Source of the DNA: Haliotis rubra
Lineage: Eukaryota
Assembly (NCBI RefSeq): GCF_003918875.1
Contig: NW_025767083.1
Coordinates: forward strand, 930,001 to 994,000
Direction of reading: 5' to 3'
DNA length: 64,000 nucleotides
Below the pieces are notes generated by a model that saw only the letters and a program-made list of their open reading frames with translations, ran no database searches and had not been told where the DNA came from. A program made the position numbers and the translations under genes. Shown here piece after piece: positions 23,088 through 43,874 of this stretch; position 1 is the first letter of the stretch, and the number at the start of each line of letters is the position of its first letter.

Positions 23088-24440
23088 AAAAGATAAATAG
23101 TGACGAGCATTACATGCAAAGATAAATAGTGACGAGCATTACATGCAATGATAAATAGTTACGAGCATTACACCAAGAGATAAATAGTGACGAGCATTAC
23201 ACACAGAGATAAATAGTGGCGAGCATTATATAGAGAGATACATAGTGACGAGCATTCCATAAGAGACAAATTAGTGACGAGCATTACATAAAGAAATAAA
23301 TAATGACCAGCATTGCGTACAGAGATAAATAGTGACGAGCATTACATAAAGCGATAAACAGTGACCAGCACTGCGTACAGAGATAAATAGTGACGAGCAT
23401 TACACACACAGATCAATAGTGACGAGCATTACATAGACAGATAAATAGTGACGAGCATTACATAGGCAGATAAATAGTGACGAGCATTACATCCTGAGAT
23501 AAATAGTGACGAACATTACATAAAGAGATAAACAGTGACCAGCACTGCGTACATAGATAAATAGTGACGAGCATTACACACAGAGATATATAGTGACGAG
23601 CATTGCATAGAGAGATAAATAGTGACGAGCATTACATAAAGAGATAAACAGTGGCCAGCACTGCGTACAGAGATAGATAGTGACGAGCATTACACACAGA
23701 CATAAATAGTGACGAGCATTATATAGAGAGAAACATAGTGACGAGCATTCCATAAGAGACAAATTAGTGACGAGCATTCCATAAAGAAATAAATAGTGAC
23801 AAGCATTACATAGAGAGATAAATAGTGACCAGCATTGCGTACAGAGATAAATAGTAACGAGCATTACACACAGAGATCAATAGTGACGAGCATTACACAC
23901 GGAGATAGATAGTGACGAGCATTACATCCTAAGATAAATAGTGACGAGCATTACACACGGAGAAAGAAAGTGACGAGCATTACACACAGACATAAATAGT
24001 GACGAGCATTACACACGGAGATAGATAGTGACGAGCATTACATCCTAAGATAAATAGTGACGAGCATTACACACGGGGATAGAAAGTGACGAGCATTACA
24101 CACAGACATAAATAGTGACGAGCATTACACACGGAGATAGATAGTGACGAGCATTTACACACAGACATAAATAGTGACGAGCATTATATCCTAAGATGAA
24201 TAGTGCCGAGCATTACTTACTGAGATAAATAGTGACGAGCGTTACACACAGAGATAAATAGTGACGAGCATTACATACAGAGATAAATAGTGACGAGCAT
24301 TACATACAGAGACGAGCATAATATAGAGAGATACACAGTGACGAACATTGCATCAAGAGGTAAACAGTGACGAGCATTACACACAGAGATAAACAATGAC
24401 GAGCATTACATACAGAGATAGGTAGAGCATTGCATACAGA
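23088..24440. repeat. 29-bp minisatellite, ~45 units (gagataaatagtgacgagcattacacaca)
   Basis: tgacgagc recurs every 29 nt. Confidence 0.95.
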
Positions 24441-25819
24441 TTAATGTGATAATCGTATGTTCGCCACTCACACAATTTGAATATCAAAACAAATCGAATA
24501 TTTGTCTAACGCTGTACAAAGGAACGGGTCAACCACGGGATGTAAACAATCGATTCTGGCCCAGACAATCCAATAAAACTGCTTTCACTGATTTTAAGGT
24601 TACATGCAACCAAAAAATCAAACATTGTATAACATTTTGCAATCAACAGACATCATAACATGTCATGTGTTCAAGTATCACACCTGCCTGTCTGTGTAAT
24701 TACATAATGTGACAGAGACCGAACTCGGGCCATAAATCAATGCAGTTTGTTTATGGTGTATAGCCTGATTGGTGTTCATTTCAAATTGCATGTGGTCAGT
24801 GATCGCAGTTGTGTATTGAATATTGTCATTAGCAGACTGGCAGGCAGACACACTGGTGTCAATAAAACAAAACATTGAGTTTTGTCTGTGACAGCGACAT
24901 ATCTATATCACAGTTAGAAATCGTGTCAACTCTAAATAATGCTTTTAAGTATCGAACTGAGAAAGTGTCTCGGTAAGAAGAACGTGTGGTGAAATAGACA
25001 AATGAAATTATATAAACAGTTTATTTACTGTCATAACATACAAAAAGCTCGCACCTGTGAGATATCAACAAAACATTATGAAACTAGCTCACACCAAAGC
25101 CTTCACCGAGTATTCACCAGACAGCCCGCTTCCAAGTTGCGCGAACCTATTTCACTGTGCACGTGCTATGAGCGCAGCCAGCTGTTGAAACCCGTATTCC
25201 CCAGAAAAGTCTGGAAAAAAATTAGTGAAACGTTTGAACTCCGATTTCGCGCGGTTTTTTTCATCGCGTTATTTTTCAACTTTATAAGTTGAATTTGCAT
25301 TTTTCACGCTTTGTTTCGGTATGTCCATACCGAAAGGTATCAGAATCTGCAAAGTTGTGTTTTACGTTGCATGTGACCTTTAACGAGAGGTTCTGTTGCA
25401 GTCCAACAAACACATGCTCAGTTTTAATGTTCTCGAAATTATTTAATGTCTTCCAATTCATGTCATAATGTAATCACAAGCTGTTCATCATTTAAGATAC
25501 GGATGTCACTGAAATCACTCTTGATATTTGCAATGTCTATTGTTCGTTCGTATATTATTTGTATTGATGTTTGGTGGTGGTTTCATGCTTCATACGCCTA
25601 TTACAATCACCGATATCACTGCGAGCAAATGAAAACAGAAAGATAAGAACCGACATATATTACACAGGACATCAAGGCAAATACATTCAAGAGTACTACA
25701 TTTTTCAGTTTTTCGTCGTATATTTCTAATTTCTTAATTGATTATTATTCAAATAGGAATGTAGCCATACACTACCGGAATCAATATAATCATATACTTA
25801 CTGAAATGTTATAGCAATA

Positions 25820-26865
25820 CATTCACTGAAGGAACATAGCCATATATTTACCGAAGGAACATAGCCATATATTTACTGAAGGAACATAGCTATATATTTA
25901 TCGAAGGAACATAGCCATATATTTACGGAAGGAACATAGCCATATATTTACCGAAGGAACATAGCCATATATTTATCGAAGGAACATAGCCATATATTTA
26001 CGGAAGGAACATAGCCATATATTTACCGAAGGAACATAGCCATATATTTACTGAAGGAACAAAGCCATATATTTACTGAAGGAACAAAGCCATATATTTA
26101 CTGAAGGAACAAAGCCATATATTTACTGAAGGAACATAGCCATATATTTACCGAAGGAACAAAGCCATATATTTACTGAAGGAACAAAGCCATATATTTA
26201 CTGAAGGAACATAGCCATATATTTACTGAAGGAACATAGCCATATATTTACTGAAGGAACAAAGCCATATATTTACTGAAGGAACAAAGCCATATATTTA
26301 CTGGAGGAACATAGCTATATATTTACTGAAAGACCATAGCCATATATTTACCGAAGGAACATAGCTATATATTTACCGAAGGAACATAGCCATATATTTA
26401 CTCAAGGAACATAGCCATATATTTACGGAAGGAACATAGCCATATATTTACTGAAGGAACATAGCTATATATTTATCGAAGGAACATAGCCATATATTTA
26501 CGGAAGGAACATAGCCATATATTTACGGAAGGAACATAGCCATATATTTACGGAAGGAACATAGCCATATATTTACCGAAGGAACATAGCCATATATTTA
26601 CCGAAGGAACATAGCCATATATTTACTCAAGGAACATAGCCATATATTTACCGAAGGAACATAGCCATATATTTACCGAAGGAACATAGTCATATATTTA
26701 CTCAAGGAACATAGCCATATATTTACTCAAGGAACATAGCCATATATTTACCGAAGGAACATAGCCATATATTTACCGAAGGAACATAGTCATATATTTA
26801 CTCAAGGAACATAGCCATATATTTACTCAAGGAACATAGCCATATATTTACTGAAGGAATATTAC
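25820..26865. repeat. 24-bp minisatellite, ~43 units (tatttactgaaggaacatagccata-type)
   Basis: Direct reading. Confidence 0.95.
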
Positions 26866-27139
26866 TGAAAGTCGACATATTGGAACCTAAGTGTACATTT
26901 ACTGACGAAGCGTAGCCCTGATCTGAAGAACGTTCAACGATTTACGAAATCATATGTCGTCTAAGAAATAATGCAGCCTTTAGTGACACTTTTGCTAAAA
27001 ATCAAAAGACATTGCTAGATTGTATGATACACAAAGTCAAGATAGCACTAACAATAGCCCCCTAGAATTAAAAAAACGGCACAACCACGAAGGTCTATAG
27101 CATATGTGATGCTGAAAGATAACAGAAGCGTATCCTTTG

Positions 27140-27277
27140 CGGCCTTGTGGTTAAAGGGTTCGCTCGTCAACATAAGACCCGGGATTGAATCCCCACATGG
27201 GTACAATGTGTGAAGCCCATTTCTAGTGTGATATTACTGTAATATTGCAACAAGCGGCGTAAAACTAACCTCACTCC
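27140..27277 (+). mobile_element. SINE family 1 copy (decayed)
   Basis: gtggttaaagggttcgctcgtc...atgggtacaatgtgtgaagcccatttc...gcggcgtaaaac. Confidence 0.75.
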
Positions 27278-27798
27278 TATATCCATTTCGAGCATATGAC
27301 AGTTATCTGAAAGGACAATCGATGGCGCTGCTCTGGAGTTACCAAGGAACATCAGCATCAGACGAATAGGCCACCGTCGCATGGTGGGAATACACCCCTG
27401 TCACGTCATGCAATAAATACCATTTTTAGGCAAGTTTTGTGAGTAACGGATATTACCGGCAGCTCAGGACGTGCCTACCCTGATACGCTAACACCTGATA
27501 CGCTGTCATTGCTGAGATCCGTTCGTACAACTCTTTTCCCCTTTACACCTTATATACTTTGTTTGTGTTGAAAGTCTAGACTGTGTGTTCTTTCTTTTCA
27601 CTTTTCACTTTCTTTTTATGTATTGTTTTATGCTTGCTACTAGACGAGTTGACCCTAGACGCACTACCGTGCTTTTACCTCAGTGAGTGAGCACTGATAC
27701 AACCACAACACCAAGACTTTTCAAGACTTTTTATAAAACATATTCACACTGTCACAAAAGCTACTAACAATATAACCTAATTCAATGCCATTCAGTAT

Positions 27799-27804
27799 TT
27801 TATT
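27799..27804 (-). terminator. Polyadenylation signal AATAAA of gene C
   Basis: About 30 nt downstream of the TGA. Confidence 0.6.
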
Positions 27805-27831
27805 TCATTATTAATACAAACACGTTATGTC

Positions 27832-34528
<6,697 letters not shown>

Positions 34529-34909
34529 CTATCTAGATTATCCTTCGGTAATGTTTCAATAAAAGCAACAAATAAACATTTCTAATAATCACGATAAAAT
34601 CTACTTAAAACAGAGTATAATTCCGAGAGAAATGGCATCAGCATGTGTCTATGAATCACTATCAAGTAGTAACGACACCAGGTGTTCAAGAAATACGTGA
34701 GCGGATTCTGCCCCAGCGACAGAGCCCATAATAAACACTTGCAATGACGTGAGATTGTTTCACCTGAACAGGAACATCTGGCCTAAGTCACAAGGAGATT
34801 GTACCTGACATCACGTTGGTGGGAAACACGACTCACGTAACACCCGTTTGTTACACAAAGCATGCTGCGAGTGCCAACATTCTGATATCACTGGATATCA
34901 AAGGATATC

Positions 34910-35223
34910 GGGGCGGTGTGGTAGCCTAGAGGTTAGAGCGTTGGCTCGTCACGCCGAAGACCCGGGTTCGAATCCCCACATGGGTACAATGTGTGAAGCC
35001 CATTTCTGGTGTCCCCCGCCTTGATGTTGCTGGAATATTGCTTAAAGCGGCATAAAACCAAACTCACTCACTCACTCATTTATTTACATGACCTTCTGAT
35101 ATTCAGAGGACAAGTTGTAAGGACAGAAATATGATGATTAATTAATCACACGTATTTTTAAGAAAGTGGAACTAAGAAGTATTCTTATGGTTAAATCCAT
35201 ATAAAGTCAAGTAAGTCAGTCAG
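34910..35223 (+). mobile_element. SINE family 1 plus 3'-transduced flank
   Basis: SINE 34910-35077 followed by a copy of 29165-29290; 12-bp TSD tcaaaggatatc (34898-34909, 35224-35235). Confidence 0.85.
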
Positions 35224-36718
35224 TCAAAGGATATCACTGATACTCATTCTAAATATGTGCAAAAACAGCGTTTCACCCAGCTCACTCATCCACAACTGTC
35301 ATTGATGTGAGTTTTTATGGGTCACTATGCATAAATATCAACTTGTTGGACATATTATACATGGTTGTCAGGGGTGTAACATCAACGTTACATGTGTCAT
35401 CAAGGTGTCCCTCATTAATCCATATCTGTAGACGGATGGCCTTGAAGAGCCATGTAATAATGGCCACATGCTGCTAATGTCACCGCTATGTGTTGATAAG
35501 GTAATTGCGTTTTCCTTTAGCAAATGGACAATCAAACCCACTCCATTGTGTAAATCTGGCATTGCAGATCCTAACATATTTTCTGGAAAAATGTGTTGAT
35601 ATCTGTTTTAAATGTTTCATTTTACACATTTCCACAACAATACGTATGTCTGAAAACATAAACAATTAGGGGAATAACAATAAATATAGTTATATTTTTT
35701 TTTTTTAATTTATGTCGTCCAAATTAGCGGGAACTAATCCTCACATGTTCTATCTTCCATACATTCTAAACTGGACATGTGTTGTGAAGGAGATCGATGT
35801 AAGACTGACCCACAGATAGAAGCATAGAAATCTGAAGCTCCGAAAAACACAGTGTCATTGTGTCTACATAACTGCCAAACAATCTGTCTATATAGATAAA
35901 CTAGAGGTAGGCAATGCTATCCAAAACATGTCGCACCTCTCTCCCATCGATGGTATGGTATCTTACCGCAATATGGAATCAGCTATATACCTCACGTAGT
36001 CTCCGAATGCATGTTTGCTACTGCTACATTAAATGTCTCACCTTTGTTGAGGTTGCTCCAAACCTAAGTCTTTCCTTTTTATAAATAAACATTTAGTTTT
36101 GTCTGATATGGCCAAATGCGTATGTGTTTCTAAAGGTTCATTATTAATAAAGGCAAGTCCTTCACCCATAATGGTATTTTCATAATATGGTGCTTCAAGA
36201 CGTATGAAGACCAGATTGTGCCAGAGACTGACGGGAGTTTAGATATTAGACTAACACTCCTGAAAACATGACAAACCATCATTTCCCATCAGTGGTATCC
36301 TTACCTGTAACCCGGAGCTGTTGCAGGATGGCTACCACCTGCTACCATCCTTATCGGATAGTGGTTGATGAACACAAGCACATGAGAGAGTCGAATCATG
36401 CTGTCGATATTTGGTCAAATACCATAACATTGTTCGTAAACATCTAACAACCGATATCTGTCGGAATACTGTTTAAATCTTTTGCTTAATTTTCATATAT
36501 TACAGATCCTAAGAACCAAATCGGCTGTTTTGAGAGATGGTATTTCATTTGAGGCATACACAGGATGAAGATGTTCGATAACATACATTCACTTCTTTAA
36601 CCATGATCTCGGTGTCCTGTGATAGAAGTGACATGGCAAGCATGCGTGCCACAGAATAATTCGTATATCAGTCGTGAAAACCTAGCAGTTGAAACATACA
36701 CTGTATACACAGGCTTAC

Positions 36719-36895
36719 CTCCTGCCTTCCGACCTGTTACAAGGCTACAATAGACACTGTAGTCGTCCCACCTCGCCTCAAATAGTTACCAAGCACCCGT
36801 CTTATCTTGTAAGCTACTTATCACTCACCAATAACAATGAAACACGTAGACCCAAGTCGCTTTACATAGGAACGTTTAAAAGTATCATACACATT
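36719..36895 (-). promoter_or_regulatory. Putative non-coding exon 1 and promoter of gene C
   Basis: Donor GAG|GTAAGC at 36718; TATA-like TATTTGA; AGATAAG site; block conserved with 52690-52850 of gene D. Confidence 0.7.
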
Positions 36896-38294
36896 TAGAA
36901 CCGTTTGTAAAATTAAAAATGTTGAAGGATTTGCCACAGCGTGGGCGTGGCCAAACGTGAGTCTGTGTACACGGCACATGCCACAAATCATGTCAGCAAT
37001 GTTTGGCAGCATGAGTGTCTTTGGTCCTCCCCACACTGAAGCAAATACACTCCCATTGGATCTGGAAAGGAACACTGACTGCACAGGAAGACATTGCCCG
37101 TGGTTAACAGTGGCATGTGTATTTCATTGATGATTGCATGCAGGCTCATAATGACTCAGTGAATTATGCCATTGGTACAATAACGAAGACCCATCAGAGC
37201 TGTGTAGGAGGGGCATGAATGTGGTGATTTAATGTCAACGACAAAATTCATTATTTCCACAATTATTTTGATGTAGAGCAAAGCCGGGCCTTCCGAGTAT
37301 TTGGGTGGGTGACCGTCATGGCTTCTGATAGCGTCTAGGGCTACCTACTGAAGCATATGCAGTGTTTTCTTGGCAAATGTAAGCAGTGCATGAGTATCCG
37401 GAATAGCTGTTGTCAGACTAAAAATCGAGTAAAAATGATCCATTGTAGCTCCACGAGTATAAACGAATTAATTACAGTAAAACATATTCTTCGGAAACAG
37501 AAATCTACGTTCCTAGTGTAAAACGCCGTTTGAGGGACAACAACCCGATGTGACGTTCCTTAGGAGTTTATCACATTGTCATTGTCATTGTACCCCAGTT
37601 GCGTAGATCGATGCTGATCACAGGATTGTCTGGTCCAGACTCGAATAATTACAGACCGCATCCATATAGGTGGAATATTGCTAAGTGCGGCGTAAAACAA
37701 CAAACAAAACTCTTTTGAAAAGGTTGTGATAATGGAAAGCGACAAAATTCATTCAAGACAGTTATACGATTCAGGTTGCAATGAAGATGTTAATGTATGT
37801 AAAGACCTATGTTTGGTGCAGGCTAAATATGCAACCAGCTAGGATTCGATAGCATTTTACTAGTGCTATAATCATTGAACATTAAGTGTTTTTTTCTAAC
37901 CTTTGTAATTGTTGTTGTCTAATCCAAGTACGATTACCTTTCATTGTCTGGAAGTACATATATTAACCACCTCTTGGTATTGAAATGTGTTCACGAAAAA
38001 GCTAGCGTATCCTGCCTAACCAGGCAGCTGTAAAATAAATGCAAGTTGTTTTGTGGTAGTGCAATTCATTGTGAAACACTCATTCTCTCGAATTGTAGGT
38101 CAATGATGTGCTTGTTGCTGTATGTCGATTAGGGGGTCACGTGTAATCTGGAAGCTTCTTGAACAACATAGATCTACCCAGTATTGTCTAATCTAGCATG
38201 TTACATAATGTTCTGGAAAGACCTACACCAATTAAAGTGACAAGGACCCGCATGACATCAAGACGACTTGTCTATGAAGATGGTTACTTTCAAC

Positions 38295-39350
38295 CTGGAT
38301 AGCCAGCCTAGGAAGCTCGACCATTGGTGCTGCTAGGAGAATATGGATAGCCAGCCAAGGAAGCTCGACCATTGGTGCTGCTAGGAGAATATGGATAGCC
38401 AGCCAAGGAAGCTCGACCATTGGTGCTGCTAGGAGAATATGGATAGCCAGCCTAGGAAGCTCGACGATTGGTGCTGCTAGGAGAATATGGATAGCCAGCC
38501 TAGGAAGCTCGACCATTGGTGCTGCTAGGAGAATATGGATAGCCAGCCAAGGAAGCTCGACCATTGGTGCTGCTAGGAGAATATGGATAGCCAGCCTAGG
38601 AAGCTCGACCATTGGTGCTGCTAGGAGAATATGGATAGCCAGCCTAGGAAGCTCGACCATTGGTGCTGCTAGGAGAATATGGATAGCCAGCCAAGGAAGC
38701 TCGACCATTGGTGCTGCTAGGAGAATATGGATAGCCAGCCAAGGAAGCTCGACCATTGGTGCTGCTAGGAGAATATGGATAGCCAGCCAAGGAAGCTCGA
38801 CCATTGGTGCTGCTAGGAGAATATGGATAGCCAGCCTAGGAAGCTCGACCATTGGTGCTGCTAGGAGAATATGGATAGCCAGCCTAGGAAGCTCGACCAT
38901 TGGTGCTGCTAGGAGAATATGGATAGCCAGCCAAGGAAGCTCGACCATTGGTGCTGCTAGGAGAATATGGATAGCCAGCCTAGGAAGCTCGACCATTGGT
39001 GCTGCTAGGAGAATATGGATAGCCAGCCTAGGAAGCTCGACCGACCACTGGTGCTGCTAGGAGAATATGGATAGCCAGCCAAAGGAAGCTAGGAAGCTCG
39101 ACGATTGGTGCTGCTAGGAGAATATGGATAGCCAGCCAAGGAAGCTCGACGATTGGTGCTGCTAGGAGAATATGGATAGCCAGCCAAGGAAGCTCGACCA
39201 TTGGTGCTGCTAGGAGAATATGGATAGCCAGCCAAGGAAGCTCGACGATTGGTGCTGCTAGGAGAATATGGATAGCCAGCCTAGGAAGCTCGACCATTGG
39301 TGCTGCTAGGAGAATATGGATAGCCAGCCTAGGAAGCAAGCTTGACCATT
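38295..39350. repeat. 48-bp minisatellite, ~22 units (ggatagccagcctaggaagctcgaccattggtgctgctaggagaatat)
   Basis: Direct reading; units are highly homogeneous. Confidence 0.95.
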
Positions 39351-40534
39351 GAACAGTTATTCCATTAAATAGTTATTCATTATTAAATACTGGTAAGAGA
39401 GGCAACCATTTGGTTGAGAAGCTTTCAAAAGTATTATTTCTTCTGGAAATGAATATTTCAGTGGTGAATATGTCTTTCAACATTCTTAGAAGAGCAAGTA
39501 CATGTATAAACATATCTCTTAGCAGAGAAAGTTGTGCGATTTAGTAATGGATTCATATCTAAAATACCAAATCCAAATCAAACTTTTGTCAAATACTTTC
39601 CCGAATTCCTGAATACTTTCCTTGAATCTGTATAGACAAGCTAGTTTGTTCTTCCATTGTGACTGTGTTGCAGTAATACATGGCGTACAAGACCGCAGGT
39701 GCGACCCCATGTCCAGTCACGCCATTCCGTAATGAACATATATTGCTGTACCTACAGGGGTACTCTAAAGAAATTTTTTATATGTGGTTCTTGTTTTCCC
39801 CAGCATGTTGAAGCACAATCAAATTTTGATCCCTCAAGTGATCTTGGCCCTTGAAATATGCTTACCGGGTTGGAATAGGGTGAAGGTCCTCATATGTTTT
39901 CTGCTGTGAAGGACTATGTTTATAATCCTTTTGGTCTTGCCTCATGTTAATTCTGAGATGGGTTTGTTAGTGAATGTTTTATCATTTGGTTTGGGCTTTG
40001 GGAGTTTGTGAGGCTGCTATGGGTAATTTAATAGAAATGGACAAAATGAAAAGAATTCATAATGATAACGTCACACTCAGCACTATTCCAGCTATTTGTC
40101 TAATCATCATGATAAAGGTAAACATGACAGCCGGGTGATAAATTCCTAGCGTTTTCGGCACTCCCCGGTCAACTACGACTGCTACGGGCCATATGTTTTT
40201 TTATCAGAAAGTTATGTAACTGACTATGTTGTGCTAACACTAGGCCATCGTAAAATGATACAACTTTGACATGCCAATAAAACTAGAAAGAAATGGAATG
40301 TTTCTATTCAGAGTATTGCCACTATTGGTCCTGCACTTAATGTATCAGACTGAGATACGGCTGAGAATTGTAATGTAAAATTGTAATAACTTTCTGCTTT
40401 TTCTAGACTAAGCTGACTAAGATAATCAATTCTGAAGAGAAATTAGTACAAATCATTTATCATCTTCTTCAAGCTTCGAGATTCGTTTAAGAGTTTGTTC
40501 ACTTGTGTATGGTTATATCTGGCCGTGCAGATTG

Positions 40535-40990
40535 AGCTGTGTCATGATGTAGATATAGGTGACGCCATGTGAAACAACATCCCTATGCTATTGATCCGAT
40601 CAGCTTGAAACCTCCATGAAGGAAGGTCAATAGATGCTGAACCAAACAATAGTTCCTCCGGTATTTTTGTGCGTAAACATGATGGTAGTTATAAACACTT
40701 TTCAGACATGGAACTTGTGATCGTTCTTTCTCAAACTGATTCTTTCCCAAGAATCGATAACGTCACGATCAGTCACGTTAAGTACATCAGAAAGTTTAAC
40801 CTAATGAAAGGGTATTGGCAAATTCCACTGACGGATGATTCCAAGCCTTTGTGAGTCCAGATGTACTTTATCAATACAAATGTAGGCCATATGTGCCATA
40901 GACAGGTCAGATCTGTTCATGCAGTGGTGGTAGCTAGTTCACCTAGCCCACTTTCCCAATACGAAAAAGAATTGATGAGATTCCTGGAAT
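40535..40990 (+). mobile_element. Ty3/Gypsy reverse-transcriptase relic
   Basis: CHDVDIGDA..KQHPY, KHDGSY, TDSFPRID and KFNLMKGYWQIPLT motifs; heavily deleted. Confidence 0.75.
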
Positions 40991-41122
40991 ATAGTTACTG
41001 AAATAACTGAAAGGACATATCCATTACATGTACTGAAATAAGGTAGCCTTGCATTTACTGATGGAACGTTGTCCATCATTTACTGCAGACACATTGCCGT
41101 ACTTAATGTACTAAGTCTTATA

Positions 41123-42609
41123 TACTGAGTCAAAAAAGAAACTTCACATTCTTTCTTCAGGGCACTATAAAAGAACAAGAGATGGTAAGATGGTGACATT
41201 GTTATTATTTCATTGCTGAGATGTGTGTGATGTACTCGATACACTTACAGTGCCATAATCAGTTCCATTAGACTACACCGCCGTTCCAAAACATGGGTAT
41301 ACAGAATGTCAAGTCACAAGAATATAAATGCGAAATTTCTCAGTTCAATATCGTGTATTGCCGCCCTGCGCATTCACCACTGCCAAACATCGTCTCCTCA
41401 TCGACTGCCTGATGCTTGTCAACACGTGGTTGGGGATTCTGCGCCAAGTTCCTGCAAATTCTGAGGTTGGTTCCTAAGACCACGAAGCCTCCTCCCAAGT
41501 GCATCCCAAACGTGCTCTATTGGATTAAGGTCAATGGATCTCGATGGCCAGTCCATGACGTTGATTCCAGCGTTTTGAAGGAAATTTCGTGTCAACATCG
41601 CGGTATGCGGCCGAGCATTATCATGCTGGAACTGTCGACCTGGGCCATGAGCCGCCATGAAAGGAACGAGTTCAGGGGTGAGCACCAGTAAGCAGCAGCT
41701 GTGAGGTTTCCACGGATGACCAGAAGTCGGGAACGGTTGTTCCCACAGAAAGCACCCCCACACCATGCAACTTCCGCCCCCGAATCTGTCGACTTCCTGT
41801 ACACAACATTGGGCATACCGTTCACGACGTCGTCTCCAGACTCTATGCCTGCTGTCCGCGAATCTGAGGGTAAACCTGGATTCATCGCTAAAGACGACTC
41901 GATTCCAGTCTCTCTGGGTCCATCGGAGGTGACGTTGGGCCCACAGCAGACGTTGACGTTGATGAAACGGCGTCAATATTGGCCCACGATATGGACGTCG
42001 AGAATGGGGATTGGCAGCCCGCAACCGATTTCGAATGGTCTGTGAGGACAGTCGTCATCTAAACATCTCAGCCCTGGTTTGTGTAGCCGGCAGAAATCTG
42101 TCACGTAGGTGACGTAGGACGATTTGACGGTCTTCTGCTCGTGACGTCACACGTGGACGACCCGACCTTGGGCGATCAGAAGTGGTGCCAGTTTGTTGTA
42201 GACGAACTTGCAAGTCATACACAGTATGACGGCTGCATCCCGTTGCTCTTGCGACGTCAATAACTGATCTTCCCGCTTGCAACATGCCAACGGCACGTTC
42301 ACGTCGCACATTTGACAATCGTGGCATTTCAAGTACCGTTAGAACTGTGGTTTAAATGTGTTTTTTTCAATTCTTGAGACCAATGCAAAGACGTGCATAT
42401 GACGAAAACTTATGAAGAAAACTTCTGATGCAAAGATTTTGGCACTAACGATTTGCACGACGAATGGATGGGTTTGAGTGGGTTTTGCTAACGTTTTTCT
42501 AGAGTCGAAGGATAGGGATCCCATTTCGGATACATAGATGTATCATCAGAGACAAATTATTCATTATGTTTCAAATTACATTTTGTGAAGTTTCTTTTTT
42601 GACTCAGTA
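41123..42609 (-). mobile_element. Full-length Tc1/mariner element with frameshifted transposase
   Basis: Perfect 26-bp TIRs tactgagtcaaaaaagaaacttcaca with TA TSD. Transposase 42327-41345 (HTH, RSGRPR, VVFSDESRF, FQHDNARPH, WPSRSIDLNPIEHVW, GGNTRY*) is split by frameshifts. Confidence 0.95.
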
Positions 42610-43874
42610 TATTTACAGCAGGGAACAGAACTGGATTTTTAAGGAGTGGGTGACACATACTCATTATGTACATGTTCACAATACGCCTTTGTTTTAGAGA
42701 AATCAGATATCAAATTTCTGAGCATATGCTGCAGAAAATGGCTTCAAAACAATAACGTTATGATGTCTACCATGAAGGCCTATAGCATACAAGCAAACTT
42801 GAAATGTTACAGAAGTTTAGTGTTGTTTGCTAACAAGAACAGCCTTTTAAAACCAAACCTTGAAGGCACCTGAGAACTTTAATGAGATGGACGTTTGATG
42901 ATGTGTGTGTGCGCGTGCGTGCGTGCGTGCGTGCGTGTGAAGCTGATTTCAAGAGCATCACGGTTACCAGACCTCTGTCGGAGATTGGTACTCGCATCGT
43001 AAATACGGCACTCTCATCTCCAGTATATACCATTTCACATCAAAGGTCTTTGTCCTGTCAACCCATGTCTTAGCTAAGATACATAGCGCCCACATATGCT
43101 ATGAAGCACCTCTATAGGCCGCAATAGGGGATATCTTTTGTCACACTTTCGTGCACCCGTTACGATTATTACGCATGAAAAACTTATATGTATCACTTCT
43201 TTGTACTTAAACCTACAAATGCGCACTATTTTCGTTATCAAAATAGCCATATTTGCAAGCCATCAAACATCTAAGTCGATCTCTCGCATGTGAGCGGCGC
43301 CATTTTGAATCGGGATTCCCTTACTGAAATAGTAATACACGTCAGCGCTATGTAACTCATGTATGTGAGCGCTATTGCTCAGCTATTGTCTGGAAATGAA
43401 GTACGAGTGGACGGAGGAAACATGGTCCTATATAGTGCCACTGCGGGGCCAGCGTATATTAGCACGCGTGGGTTCGCACAGTGATTAAAAAGACGGTAGA
43501 ACATGTACGCTCAGCGCTCACCACTCGCGTTCCTGTTACTGAACACGCCTTTCGAACCGATTCTCAGAAACCAGTCGGCTTTTCGATAAATTCCAGTAAA
43601 AGCTAATGGTTGCTACCGAAATGGAATGGATTTTCCGATTCTGCAATTCAAAATTATGCACTGAACTAGTACAAGTGTGTTTTGCTATGTGTAAAATTGT
43701 TTTGAATTGAAAGTGTATCAGTTTATTAACGTTTCTCTATCAGTATATGTGTTGACAAATTAGGGATTTATAGAAAACTCGATTTCCGCATTGTTTTCAG
43801 CAACCCACACCTGTCTTAAGAGGCAACAAAAGGGATCAATTGGTCTACCTCACTGATTTGGTTGACTCATGTTG

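Noticed and set aside
23088-24440. CRISPR-like look of the 29-bp array (and the 24-bp array at 25820-26865)
   Set aside because: The variable part is only a few nt and recurs; there are no unique spacers and no cas genes, and the context is eukaryotic.
38232-39339. 254-aa and 103-aa ORFs (MVELPRLAIHILLAAP)n
   Set aside because: Artefact of a 48-bp unit lacking stops in one frame; the frame breaks near 39040 and there is no gene context.
41345-42327. Active transposase gene
   Set aside because: Split across frames by indels, so non-autonomous despite perfect TIRs.
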